From Candidatus Komeilibacteria bacterium (lineage in GTDB: Bacteria > Patescibacteriota > Patescibacteriia > UBA1558), in the NCBI GenBank assembly GCA_048538275.1, contig JBLYPW010000001.1, forward strand, positions 365,928 through 429,927: a DNA stretch of 64,000 nucleotides. The letters run 5' to 3'. Numbering within the stretch: the first letter of the stretch is position 1; every line of letters starts with the position of its first letter. Positions 18,251-27,554 of the stretch are shown here, piece by piece. A program made the translations under genes and the position numbers. The notes beneath the pieces were generated by a model. It saw nothing but the letters and a program-made list of their open reading frames with translations. It ran no database searches and had not been told where the DNA came from.

Positions 18251-21004
18251 ATGAAATTATTAAATAAAATTTTAGGCGATGCTAATGAAAAGTATCTAAA
18301 ATCATTACAGCCTTTAGTCCAGGAAATCAATGATTGGGAAGATAAGCTGAAGGATTTGTCGGCTGAACAGTTGGCAGCCAAAACAGATGAGTTTAAAACT
18401 AGACTCAAGCAGGGCGCTAGCTTGGATGATATTTTAGCGGAAGCTTTTGCTGTAGTGCGAGAAGCGGCGCTACGAACAACCGGCATGCGACCTTATGATG
18501 TACAGTTGATTGGCGGTATTGTTTTGCATCATGGACAAATCGCTGAAATGCGTACGGGTGAAGGTAAAACTTTAGTTGCTACGATGCCTGTTTATTTAAA
18601 TGCTTTATCGGGCAAAGGCGTGCACGTCGTGACTGTCAATGATTATTTAGCAAAAAGAGATGCGGTGTGGATGAGCCAAGTCTATAGTTATCTGGGTTTA
18701 TCGGTAGGCGTTATCCAACACGAAGCCGCTTTTTTGTATGACAGTAACTATACTAATGAAGCGGCGGATAGGCAAGCTGACCAAAGAGTAGAAGTAGACA
18801 TGGATTATTTGAAACCTTGTGCTCGCAAGGAGGCCTATCAAGCTGATATTACCTATGGTACTAACAATGAATTTGGTTTTGATTATCTCAAGGATAATAT
18901 GGTTCAGTCCACTGATCAGATGGTGCAACGGGATTTGCATTTTACTATCGTGGACGAAGTGGACTCTATTTTGATTGATGAAGCTCGCACGCCGTTGATA
19001 ATATCTGCCCCAGCAGAAGATTCTGCTCAACAATATTATCAGTTTGCGCGCTTAGTAAAGCGATTACGAGAGGAGGAGGATTATAATGTGGATGAAAAAA
19101 TGAAGGCGGTTACTTTGACAGAGGATGGCATTAGCAAGATGGAAAAAGCACTGGGCGTGACCAATATTTATGAGAGTAAGGGCTTGCGTACCGTGCATCA
19201 TTTGGAACAAGCTTTGAAGGCGGAAGTTTTGTTTAAGCGCGATCGTGATTATGTAGTTAAAGAAGGTGAAGTGATAATTGTAGATGAATTTACCGGTCGC
19301 CTCATGCATGGTCGTCGTTACTCAGAAGGCTTACATCAGGCCATTGAAGCTAAAGAAAATGTACAAATTCAAAAAGAAAGTGTTACCTTGGCCACCATTA
19401 CCTTTCAGAATTTTTTCCGCATGTATGATAAGTTGTCCGGCATGACTGGTACGGCGGTTACGGAAGCTGAGGAGTTTGCTAAAATATATCATCTTGAAGT
19501 TACTGTTATCCCTACCAATAAGCCGATTATTCGTCAGGATAGGGATGATTTGATTTATCAGTCAGAAATAGGTAAATTCAACGCCATTGTTCAGGATATC
19601 AAGGATCGTCAAATCAAAGGACAACCTGTTTTAGTAGGTACTATTTCTATTGCTAAAAATGAATTATTATCTTCTTTATTAAATCAAGCTGGCGTCAAGC
19701 ATCAAATTTTAAACGCCAAACAGCATGAAGCTGAAGCGGCTATTATTGCTCAGGCAGGTCGTCCCGGAACGGTTACCATAGCTACCAATATGGCTGGTCG
19801 TGGTGTTGATATTATCCTAGGTGGTAATCCCACGGATAAGGAAGAAGCTCGGCAGGTGAGAGAGAAGGGGGGATTGCTAGTGATTGGCACGGAAAGGCAT
19901 GAATCACGGCGTATTGATAATCAGTTGCGCGGGCGTGCCGGTCGTCAGGGTGATCCAGGTGAGACTAGATTTTATGTTTCTTTGGAAGATGATTTGATGC
20001 GTATATTTGGATCTGAGAGAATGAAAAGTATAATGAGGACTTTAAATGTTCCTGAAGATATGCCTATTGAAAATAAAATAATCTCTCGTTCTATAGAAGG
20101 GGCGCAAAAAAAAGTGGAAGGGTATAATTTTGACGTCCGTAAACACTTGGTAGAATATGATGACATTATAAATAAACATCGTGAGGTTATTTATCGCCGC
20201 CGCCGTCAATTACTTGAATTATATGAGGGCAAATCAGATAAATTAGTGGTAAAAGATGATGATGAGTATTATGAATTTACAAGTTTAACTGAATATGTAG
20301 CTTATTTAGTAAATAATGAAATGGCGCAAGTTGTCACTTTTCATACTAGTCAGGAAGGAGCTGATGATTTTAAGGAAATTTGGGAGACCGCACATACAAT
20401 TTATAGCCTGACAGCTGCTGACCAGCAAACCTATGATAAGATAGTTAGCAATCAACATTTAGAACCTCATCAATTGCGTCATGAAATTTTACAATACTTT
20501 TCCGATCTAACCGAAAAAAGAATGAAAGTATTGACAGAGTCAGTTAGTCAAGGACCTTTGGGTGAAGTTGGTTGGAATAGGTTATTATTAACAGTGTTGC
20601 TTCGGACTATAGATAATCTGTGGCTGGAGCATTTAGAGGCGATTGATTATTTACGGCAGGGTATTGGATTGCGAGGTTATGGTCAGCGCGATCCTTTGGT
20701 AGAGTATAAGAGAGAATCATATAAGATGTTTAGTGATTTATTGGCTAGTATTCAGAATCAGGTTGCCTATAATATTTTTAAGTTGGGTCAAACTACTAAT
20801 TTAGGTAATAATACTAGTAGCACTAGTAACTTGAATCTCCAAGGTGTTAGTCAGCAAACTCAGTTTGCTACCGAGCAGCAGCAAAAGCAGGCTGCTTCGG
20901 CTATAGAGAGCAAGCCACGTGATGACTCTGGTCATAAAGTTGGTCGTAATGACCCTTGCCCTTGTGGTAGTGGCAAAAAATATAAGCGTTGTCATGGTGC
21001 ATAA
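18251..21004 (+). CDS. secA: Preprotein translocase ATPase SecA
   Basis: [27 protein letters not shown]-terminal [23 protein letters not shown]. Confidence 0.98.
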   Translation: MKLLNKILGDANEKYLKSLQPLVQEINDWEDKLKDLSAEQLAAKTDEFKTRLKQGASLDDILAEAFAVVREAALRTTGMRPYDVQLIGGIVLHHGQIAEMRTGEGKTLVATMPVYLNALSGKGVHVVTVNDYLAKRDAVWMSQVYSYLGLSVGVIQHEAAFLYDSNYTNEAADRQADQRVEVDMDYLKPCARKEAYQADITYGTNNEFGFDYLKDNMVQSTDQMVQRDLHFTIVDEVDSILIDEARTPLIISAPAEDSAQQYYQFARLVKRLREEEDYNVDEKMKAVTLTEDGISKMEKALGVTNIYESKGLRTVHHLEQALKAEVLFKRDRDYVVKEGEVIIVDEFTGRLMHGRRYSEGLHQAIEAKENVQIQKESVTLATITFQNFFRMYDKLSGMTGTAVTEAEEFAKIYHLEVTVIPTNKPIIRQDRDDLIYQSEIGKFNAIVQDIKDRQIKGQPVLVGTISIAKNELLSSLLNQAGVKHQILNAKQHEAEAAIIAQAGRPGTVTIATNMAGRGVDIILGGNPTDKEEARQVREKGGLLVIGTERHESRRIDNQLRGRAGRQGDPGETRFYVSLEDDLMRIFGSERMKSIMRTLNVPEDMPIENKIISRSIEGAQKKVEGYNFDVRKHLVEYDDIINKHREVIYRRRRQLLELYEGKSDKLVVKDDDEYYEFTSLTEYVAYLVNNEMAQVVTFHTSQEGADDFKEIWETAHTIYSLTAADQQTYDKIVSNQHLEPHQLRHEILQYFSDLTEKRMKVLTESVSQGPLGEVGWNRLLLTVLLRTIDNLWLEHLEAIDYLRQGIGLRGYGQRDPLVEYKRESYKMFSDLLASIQNQVAYNIFKLGQTTNLGNNTSSTSNLNLQGVSQQTQFATEQQQKQAASAIESKPRDDSGHKVGRNDPCPCGSGKKYKRCHGA

Positions 21005-21041
21005 ATTCGGTTCACACCTATTGATGTAGGATTAATTTACT

Positions 21042-22130
21042 ATGTTTTGGGTTAGTCACAAAAAAAGAATAAAAGTAGCAGTTGGTATGTCTGGCGGAGT
21101 AGATTCTTCATTGGCTGCTTTATTATTATCCCAAGATAAAGCTTATGATACGGTGGGCGTGTATATGCGCAATTGGTCGCAAGAGTTGCCAGAAATAAAA
21201 GGTTGTCCGTGGGAGACAGACCAACGTGATGCTCGTTTGGTGGCGGATCAACTAGGGATTCCTTTTTATGTGGTAAATTTTGAGCAAGAATATTATGATG
21301 CTGTGGTGAAATATATGATTGATGGTTATCAGCGGGGTATCACGCCAAATCCTGATATTGTTTGTAATCAGGCTATTAAATTTGGTATTTTTTGGAAAAA
21401 AATGCGCGCCTGGGGTTTTGCGAAGATTGCCACGGGGCATTATGCTCGCATTATTCAAACCGGTAAAAATTATCAGTTGACCTTATCTGCTGATGACAAT
21501 AAAGATCAAACTTATTTTTTAAGCCGCTTAAGTCAAGAGCAAATAGGTCATGCTCTTTTTCCTTTGGGTGATTTAACCAAAAGAGAGGTTAGAAATTTAG
21601 CGGCTAAAGCAAATTTATTAACGGCTCATAAACGTGATTCGCAGGGCGTTTGTTTTATTGGCAATATGAAAGTAAATGATTTTCTCAAACGATATATTTC
21701 TGGTACGCCAGGCAGTATCAAGGATTTGTCCAGCGGTAAAATTATTGGCAAGCATCAAGGAATAGAATTTTTTACCATTGGTCAACGGCAAGGTATTGAT
21801 ATTGGCGGTAGTGGTCCTTATTATGTTGTTCGTCGTGATTTGCAAGCAGCAGATTTGTGGGTCACTAATAGGATTGATGATCCTGCCTTATTTAGTAAAG
21901 AGATTAAAATTGTCAATACCATTTGGCAACAGACAGTTACAAAATTACCGGTTGCCGTACAAGTACGTATTCGTCATCGTCAGCCTTTTGTTTCGGCTAA
22001 AGTGATTGCTGGAGAAGAGACAGGGGAATATATCATAAAATTATCAAAGTCAGTACGGGCTGTCACTCCTGGGCAGGTGGCGGCTATGTATCAAAACGGT
22101 ATAGTTTTAGGAGCGGGAATTATTGTCTAA
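21042..22130 (+). CDS. mnmA: tRNA 2-thiouridine(34) synthase MnmA
   Basis: SGGVDSS, PNPDIVCN, ATGHYA, KDQTYFL, DSQGVCF, TPGQ. Confidence 0.96.
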   Translation: MFWVSHKKRIKVAVGMSGGVDSSLAALLLSQDKAYDTVGVYMRNWSQELPEIKGCPWETDQRDARLVADQLGIPFYVVNFEQEYYDAVVKYMIDGYQRGITPNPDIVCNQAIKFGIFWKKMRAWGFAKIATGHYARIIQTGKNYQLTLSADDNKDQTYFLSRLSQEQIGHALFPLGDLTKREVRNLAAKANLLTAHKRDSQGVCFIGNMKVNDFLKRYISGTPGSIKDLSSGKIIGKHQGIEFFTIGQRQGIDIGGSGPYYVVRRDLQAADLWVTNRIDDPALFSKEIKIVNTIWQQTVTKLPVAVQVRIRHRQPFVSAKVIAGEETGEYIIKLSKSVRAVTPGQVAAMYQNGIVLGAGIIV

Positions 22131-22208
22131 TCAATACTATGGATTTATTATATTTACTAGTTTACTAGAATTTTTTTGTTTGTGTATCAATTGTGGATAA
22201 GTTGACTA

Positions 22209-22237
22209 TTGACTTGAACTAAATTGTTTAATAAAGT
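22209..22237 (+). promoter_or_regulatory. Putative sigma70 promoter of RNA unit 1
   Basis: TTGACT-N17-TAAAGT; one DnaA-box match (TGTGGATAA) at 22192-22200 just upstream. Confidence 0.45.
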
Positions 22238-22243
22238 AATAGC

Positions 22244-22650
22244 GTTTCAGAGATTACCTGGATTTTCAAGCCTGTCATAATTCTGGATAGGTACGATGGT
22301 TAATTAATATCCATATACCCTCCTTTTAGGTGATCTAGGATTATGCCGAGAGTAAACTCGGGACTACAGTGCTTGGCGATCGGAGCTATTAAGCCTGGCC
22401 AAAAAGTCAGGTGCCTGTGAATAAACCGGGCAAAAAAGCCGACATGTCCCAAAATTATGGGATAAAAATACCTTGTGGGTCATTCTCACAAACCGAAAGG
22501 TGGAGGGTAGTCGGCTAATAAAGCTATCGATCGAAAATCAGGCCGGTGAAAACTGGCCTGGAGTGAGCATCCAAAAGGTGCTGACTAAACCAAAAGGAGA
22601 GTGTAAGTTATGATTGTATGGCAAGCAGTCTAACAACACTCTCCTTTTTT
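22244..22650 (+). ncRNA. Candidate large structured ncRNA, unit 1 (~400 nt), class unknown
   Basis: More than 10 nested helices with G-U pairs and GAAA tetraloops; ends in a long stem plus T-run; no credible ORF. Confidence 0.65.
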
Positions 22651-22707
22651 GAATTCATTAAAGTTATTATATTTTTCCTAATATTAGGTATTTTAGTATT
22701 CTAAGTA

Positions 22708-22736
22708 TTGACATAATATGAAATATAGTGTATTAT
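22708..22736 (+). promoter_or_regulatory. Sigma70 promoter of RNA unit 2
   Basis: TTGACA-N17-TATTAT. Confidence 0.6.
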
Positions 22737-22742
22737 ATAAAA

Positions 22743-23001
22743 TTAGAACTTTTTTGCAGGTAAATTGTTTTTAAAACACCTAGCTAGCCGTTGATTCTAC
22801 GAGTTAGTATTAAAGAGGCCAAGGGGTATTGGATTTATCTGTACTGATAACAAACGCTGCTTACGCGGGTATTTATTATTTTATTGATTATTATCATTAA
22901 AATAGTAGAGAAGATGCGCGTTTATGATAGTAGCGTTTGAAACTGGCAGCAAGAGTTTGCCAGAAAAGGGGCGGAAGAATTTAGTTTTCGTCCCTTTTTT
23001 T
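22743..23001 (+). ncRNA. Candidate structured ncRNA, unit 2 (~260 nt)
   Basis: ~90-nt rod hairpin 22851-22939, CTGGCA/TGCCAG hairpin, then terminator AAAAGGGGCGGAA...TTCGTCCCTTTTTTT. Confidence 0.5.
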
Positions 23002-23002
23002 A

Positions 23003-23030
23003 TTGACTGCTTTATTTTTTTTGTTATAAT
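23003..23030 (+). promoter_or_regulatory. Sigma70 promoter of RNA unit 3
   Basis: TTGACT-N16-TATAAT with extended TG, directly after the unit 2 terminator. Confidence 0.65.
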
Positions 23031-23036
23031 CTTCTT

Positions 23037-23217
23037 AGTGCCAATGGCTTGGTCCCAAGCAATATGGTAGTGGAAGGTGTTCTCAAAGCCCACTCCGGCA
23101 AGACCAAGGGTGCTACTAAAAATGATGACCTTTCATAATAATCATCAGGTTATTTGGTGAGAGATTGTCATTTTGTACAGGGGTGTTAAGTTGGCTACGG
23201 TTGACACACCCCTTTTT
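23037..23217 (+). ncRNA. Candidate structured ncRNA or alaS leader, unit 3 (~180 nt)
   Basis: CTTGGTC/GACCAAG and AGTGG/CCACT hairpin, AAAATGATGA/TTGTCATTTT stem, terminator AGGGGTGT...ACACCCCTTTTT. Confidence 0.5.
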
Positions 23218-23271
23218 CTTGTCTTGTGGCTTAAATTATATTATGATAAAGACTAGTTTATTAGCGATACT

Positions 23272-25395
23272 ATGATTACTACCAGAGAATTAAGACAAAA
23301 ATATTTAGACTTTTTTAAATCTAAGAATCACGCCATTATTGATGGCGCTTCTTTGTTGCCAGAAAATGACGCTTCGGTTTTATTTACCACCGCTGGCATG
23401 CATCCTTTGGTGCCTTATTTATTAGGTGAAAAGCATCCGGCCGGTCAACGTTTAGCTGATGCGCAAGGCTGTATCAGAACCGGTGATATAGAAGAAGTGG
23501 GGGATGATAGCCACCTTACTTTTTTTGAAATGCTTGGCAATTGGTCATTGGGCGATTATTTTAAAGAAGAGGCTATTGCTATGAGTTGGGAATTTCTTAC
23601 CGGTAGACAATGGTTGGGATTGGATAAAAACAAAATAGCAATTTCTGTATTTGCCGGTGATGATGACGCCCCTCGTGATGAAGAATCAGCTAAGCTATGG
23701 TTGGCGCAAGGATTACCGCAGCACAAAATTGCTTATTTGCCCAAGGAAAATAATTGGTGGGGGCCGGCCGGGCAAACCGGACCATGTGGACCTGATTCAG
23801 AAATGTTTTATTGGGTGGGGCCAGGATTACCGCCGCAAGATTCTAATCCCGGCAATGATGAAGATAATTGGCTAGAAATTTGGAATGACGTTTTTATGCA
23901 GTATAGTAAGCAATATCGGACGATTTTAGTTGATGGCATGCATTGTCTTTATGATAGTGATTTTAAACGTAATGAGGAGATGACTAAGTTGTTACAGACA
24001 TATCCTGGTAAAAAGATTGTTGTGATTAATGGCCACGCTAAAGAAGCGGAGCAGCTAACAAAAGAGTTGGGATGGCAAGTGTTTACTTTGGACCAAACTA
24101 TTAGTAAGGATCAAGGTGATTTTTTTATCAAGTTATTAGCTCAAGTAAAGTTAAAGGCTAAACAGGTAATGTATTTTGATCATGATATGGCTAATATAGC
24201 GGCGGCGCAAAGCGTCGGTATTGAGCGGTGTATGTTGTGGGTTGATGATTTGGAGGCTTTAGCCGGTTGGCTGAATGATAATATTATTTTCTACGAGCCT
24301 TTATTACAAAAAAATGTTGATACCGGCATGGGCTTGGAAAGAACGGTTGCTATACTAAACGGATTTAAATCAGTTTATGAGATAGATACTATAAAACCGA
24401 TTTATGATACTGTATTGGCTTTAGCCAAAGATAAAAATAATATTACGGCCTTACGCGTTATCACGGATCATTTACGCGCCGCTATTATGATAATGGGGGA
24501 TCGACGAGGAGTAATGCCTTCAAATGTTGATCAAGGATATGTAGTGCGTCGTTTATTACGATCTGCTATCCGTCGTGGTCGTGAGGTTGGTATTACAGAT
24601 CCATTTTTTACCGTGGTGGGTAAGCAGATTATTGAGCTGAATAAAATTAGTTTTCCCAGTTTAAAAAATAATGCTAATAAAGTGATCGCCGAATTGATAG
24701 TGGAAGAAGAAAAATTCTCTCGGGTTTTGGAACAAGGTGAACTAAAAGTAAAAGAGTTTATTGCTGATGGCAAGATTTCTGGTGAGGAAGCGTTTCAATT
24801 GTATTCCACCTATGGTTTTCCTGTAGAAGAGATTCAACGCCTGGGTGTGAGCGTTGATATAGATGGTTTTAAAAAGCAGTTGAACGCGCATCAGGAGCTG
24901 TCCCGAGCAGGAGCGCAACAAAAATTTGCTGGTGGACTAGCCGATCATTCTGAGGCGACAACCAAATTACATACGGCAACGCATTTATTACATGCTGCTT
25001 TACGTAAAGTCTTGGGCGATCATGTCGTACAAAAGGGTTCTAATATTACCGCCGAACGTTTACGTTTTGATTTTTCTCATCCAGATAAATTAACGGCTGA
25101 GCAAATTGAACAAGTTGAAAATTTGGTTAATGACGTAATTGCGCAAAAACTGGCTGTCACCTATCAAGAGATGTCAGTTGACGAAGCTAAACAACAAGGG
25201 GCTTTGGGGGTGTTTGACAGAAAATATGGGGATAAGATAAAAGTTTATTCGGTGGGGGAAGGCGATAAGCGTTTTTCCTGTGAAATATGTGGTGGCCCTC
25301 ATGTAAAAAATACTGCAGAATTAGGGCATTTTCGCATAAAAAAAGAGCAAGCCTCATCAGCTGGGGTGCGCCGTATCAAAGCGGTGGTAGAGTAG
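23272..25395 (+). CDS. alaS: Alanine--tRNA ligase (short form lacking C-Ala) with an internal HAD-like insertion
   Basis: LFTTAGMHPL, HLTFFEMLGNWS, EIWNDVFMQY, VDTGMGLER, HTATHLLH, CGGPH, AGVRRIKA. Confidence 0.96.
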   Translation: MITTRELRQKYLDFFKSKNHAIIDGASLLPENDASVLFTTAGMHPLVPYLLGEKHPAGQRLADAQGCIRTGDIEEVGDDSHLTFFEMLGNWSLGDYFKEEAIAMSWEFLTGRQWLGLDKNKIAISVFAGDDDAPRDEESAKLWLAQGLPQHKIAYLPKENNWWGPAGQTGPCGPDSEMFYWVGPGLPPQDSNPGNDEDNWLEIWNDVFMQYSKQYRTILVDGMHCLYDSDFKRNEEMTKLLQTYPGKKIVVINGHAKEAEQLTKELGWQVFTLDQTISKDQGDFFIKLLAQVKLKAKQVMYFDHDMANIAAAQSVGIERCMLWVDDLEALAGWLNDNIIFYEPLLQKNVDTGMGLERTVAILNGFKSVYEIDTIKPIYDTVLALAKDKNNITALRVITDHLRAAIMIMGDRRGVMPSNVDQGYVVRRLLRSAIRRGREVGITDPFFTVVGKQIIELNKISFPSLKNNANKVIAELIVEEEKFSRVLEQGELKVKEFIADGKISGEEAFQLYSTYGFPVEEIQRLGVSVDIDGFKKQLNAHQELSRAGAQQKFAGGLADHSEATTKLHTATHLLHAALRKVLGDHVVQKGSNITAERLRFDFSHPDKLTAEQIEQVENLVNDVIAQKLAVTYQEMSVDEAKQQGALGVFDRKYGDKIKVYSVGEGDKRFSCEICGGPHVKNTAELGHFRIKKEQASSAGVRRIKAVVE

Positions 25396-25460
25396 TTGAC
25401 AGGAAGTCATATATGGTATATTATATTGGGGCTTGACTTTTTTGAGGATCATATTATAAT
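25396..25460 (+). promoter_or_regulatory. Tandem sigma70 promoters upstream of the infA-alpha operon
   Basis: TTGACA-N17-TATTAT (25396-25424) and TTGACT-N16-TATAAT (25433-25460). Confidence 0.55.
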
Positions 25461-25595
25461 CCTAAGCGAGTTTATTAAGAATCTGATCAAATTAGATCAT
25501 ACAATCTAAAGTTATCAACCAGTCGTTTACTGGGGAGGAGTACTAGTTAAAAACGCGTCATCCTTTGTAAATGTCTATTTTTTTTACCCCATTGC

Positions 25596-25832
25596 ATGTC
25601 CAGTGACCAATTTCAGACCAATAAAAAGGGTTTTATAGAAACTACCGGTAAAGTGACCGAGTTGTTACCCGGTGCTAGCTTTAGAGTAGTTTTGGAAAAT
25701 GATCATGAAATTATTGCTCATTTATCCGGTAGAATGCGCATGTATAAGATTAAAATTTTGCCGGGAGATGAGGTAAAAGTTGAAATCAGTCCCTATGATT
25801 TAACCAAGGGACGTATAACATATCGTAACTAG
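25596..25832 (+). CDS. infA: Translation initiation factor IF-1
   Basis: [37 protein letters not shown]. Confidence 0.97.
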   Translation: MSSDQFQTNKKGFIETTGKVTELLPGASFRVVLENDHEIIAHLSGRMRMYKIKILPGDEVKVEISPYDLTKGRITYRN

Positions 25833-25835
25833 TTT

Positions 25836-25949
25836 ATGAAAGTCAGAAGTTCTGTAAAGAAAATGTGTAAAGATTGTAAGGTTATTCGCCGCAAAGGACG
25901 AGTAATTTGTATTTGTAAAAATCCAAAACATAAACAAAGACAAGGCTAG
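25836..25949 (+). CDS. rpmJ: 50S ribosomal protein L36 (missed by the ORF track)
   Basis: Translated by hand: [37 protein letters not shown]. Confidence 0.97.
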   Translation: MKVRSSVKKMCKDCKVIRRKGRVICICKNPKHKQRQG

Positions 25950-26042
25950 GGATTGGTTGTATGCTCTGGGGCAAAGTATAGTTGGCGTCGTCTATTTTTA
26001 AGCTCTATACCTAAATTATTAATTATAAGATAAAGTTATCAG

Positions 26043-26432
26043 ATGGCTAGAATAGCAAATGTAAATATACCCAATGAAAAAAGAGTAGAAGTCGGTTTGA
26101 CCTATATTTATGGCATTGGTCTAAAAACTTCACATAATATTTTGGCTACGGTCAAGATTGACCCGAATACAAAGGTGAAGGATTTGACTGAAAGCCAATT
26201 ACAGTTATTACGTGATTATTTAACCAAAAGTTGTAAGGTTGAAGGGGATTTGCGTCGTGATATTTTATTGAATATCAAACGCTTGAAGGAGATTGGTAGT
26301 TATCGCGGTAATAGACATACACGCAATTTGCCAGCCCGTGGTCAGCGTACTAAAACTAATTCTCGTACAGTTCGTGGTAATGTTCGTCGTACCATGGGTA
26401 GCGGTAAAGCAAAGGCAGCTGCCAAGACCTAA
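26043..26432 (+). CDS. rpsM: 30S ribosomal protein S13
   Basis: [10 protein letters not shown]...LTYIYGIG...[11 protein letters not shown]. Confidence 0.97.
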   Translation: MARIANVNIPNEKRVEVGLTYIYGIGLKTSHNILATVKIDPNTKVKDLTESQLQLLRDYLTKSCKVEGDLRRDILLNIKRLKEIGSYRGNRHTRNLPARGQRTKTNSRTVRGNVRRTMGSGKAKAAAKT

Positions 26433-26455
26433 TAAGTCAGAGATAAAGATTTTTT

Positions 26456-26908
26456 ATGAGTAGAAAAAAAAGACAATTAGAGCGTCAAAAAAAACGAGCG
26501 GTGGCTAAAAAGACCGTTGTCAATAAAGATAAGGGCGGTAAGAAAAAGAAAGTTCGTAAGCTGATTAAACGTGGGCAGGCTCATATTCAAGCTACCTACA
26601 ATAATACGATAGTAACTTTGACTGATTTGAATGGTAATGTTATAGCGCAGGCTACTGCTGGCATGAGTGGTTTTAAGGGGGCAAAGAAAGCTACCCCATA
26701 TGCCGCTTCTGTTATTGTAAAAAATGCTGCGGAAAAAGTTAAGAATTATGGTTTGCAAGAAGTAGATGTATTTGTTCGTGGCGTTGGTGCCGGACGCGAA
26801 TCAGCTGTACGGGCATTGCATGCCAATAATATAACAGTTTTAAGTATTAAAGATGTTACCCCGATTCCTCATAATGGTTGTCGGCCTAAAAAGCCACGGC
26901 GGGTATAA
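26456..26908 (+). CDS. rpsK: 30S ribosomal protein S11
   Basis: ATYNNTIVT, KATPYAA, DVTPIPHNGCRPKKPRRV. Confidence 0.97.
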   Translation: MSRKKRQLERQKKRAVAKKTVVNKDKGGKKKKVRKLIKRGQAHIQATYNNTIVTLTDLNGNVIAQATAGMSGFKGAKKATPYAASVIVKNAAEKVKNYGLQEVDVFVRGVGAGRESAVRALHANNITVLSIKDVTPIPHNGCRPKKPRRV

Positions 26909-26920
26909 AATTATTTATAT

Positions 26921-27538
26921 ATGGGAAGATATACAGGTCCAAAATGGAAACAATCAAGACGTGAAGGCGTAGAATTGCGCGATGGCGCAAAACCGGCTTT
27001 ACAAAAACGAAACTATCCACCAGGAGTACATGGTCCAAATGTTCGTATGCGACGTATTTCTAGTTATGGAAAACAATTACGAGAGAAGCAGAAAGCAAAA
27101 AGGATTTATGGCTTATATGAAAGACAGTTTCATACTGTTTATAATAAAGCTACCAATATGGCTGGCGATGCAGCAGTCAATTTACGTTTGCTTTTAGAAA
27201 TGCGTTTAGATAATGTTGTTTATCGTGCTCAGTTAGCCCAGTCGCGACAACAAGCACGTCAGCTGGTTAGTCACGGTCATATTACAGTAGATGGTCATAA
27301 GGTTGATATACCTTCATTCTTGGTAAAACCGGGCATGGTTATGGGCATAAAAAAAAGTTATCAAGCCAAGCCTTATTGGCAGGATAGATTTGAAAAATTA
27401 GCTAAGGTAAAAGAATTTGTTTCTTGGTTAAGCTTTGATATCAGCGCTAAGACAATTACTGTTACCACTACACCGGACGTTGAAGAACAGGCCAGTCTAT
27501 TTGACCCAACCTTGATTATTGAGTTTTATTCTAAGTAA
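26921..27538 (+). CDS. rpsD: 30S ribosomal protein S4
   Basis: QLREKQKAKRIYG, LEMRLDNVVYR, ARQLVSHGH. Confidence 0.97.
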   Translation: MGRYTGPKWKQSRREGVELRDGAKPALQKRNYPPGVHGPNVRMRRISSYGKQLREKQKAKRIYGLYERQFHTVYNKATNMAGDAAVNLRLLLEMRLDNVVYRAQLAQSRQQARQLVSHGHITVDGHKVDIPSFLVKPGMVMGIKKSYQAKPYWQDRFEKLAKVKEFVSWLSFDISAKTITVTTTPDVEEQASLFDPTLIIEFYSK

Positions 27539-27554
27539 TAAAAAGTCTAAATTT

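Noticed and set aside
22140-22240. Replication origin
   Set aside because: Only one DnaA-box match, no dnaA/dnaN nearby and no strand-bias switch here
22244-22650. Group I intron, RNase P RNA or tmRNA assignment for unit 1
   Set aside because: GACTA/TAGTC and TTCAGAGATTA resemble P7/R elements, but there is no interrupted host gene or canonical P7 bulge; no GAGGAAAGTCC P4 and no tRNA-like ends. Not excluded without cmscan
22881-23093. 70-aa minus-strand ORF in the RNA cassette
   Set aside because: Runs antisense across a terminator and a promoter, is low-complexity Lys/Ile from T-runs, and has no motif
23037-23217. T-box riboswitch for alaS
   Set aside because: No T-box bulge consensus and no recognisable stem I or specifier loop
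23911-24290. Intein in AlaRS
   Set aside because: No N-terminal Cys/Ser block and no C-terminal His-Asn followed by Cys/Ser/Thr; the insert is HAD-like
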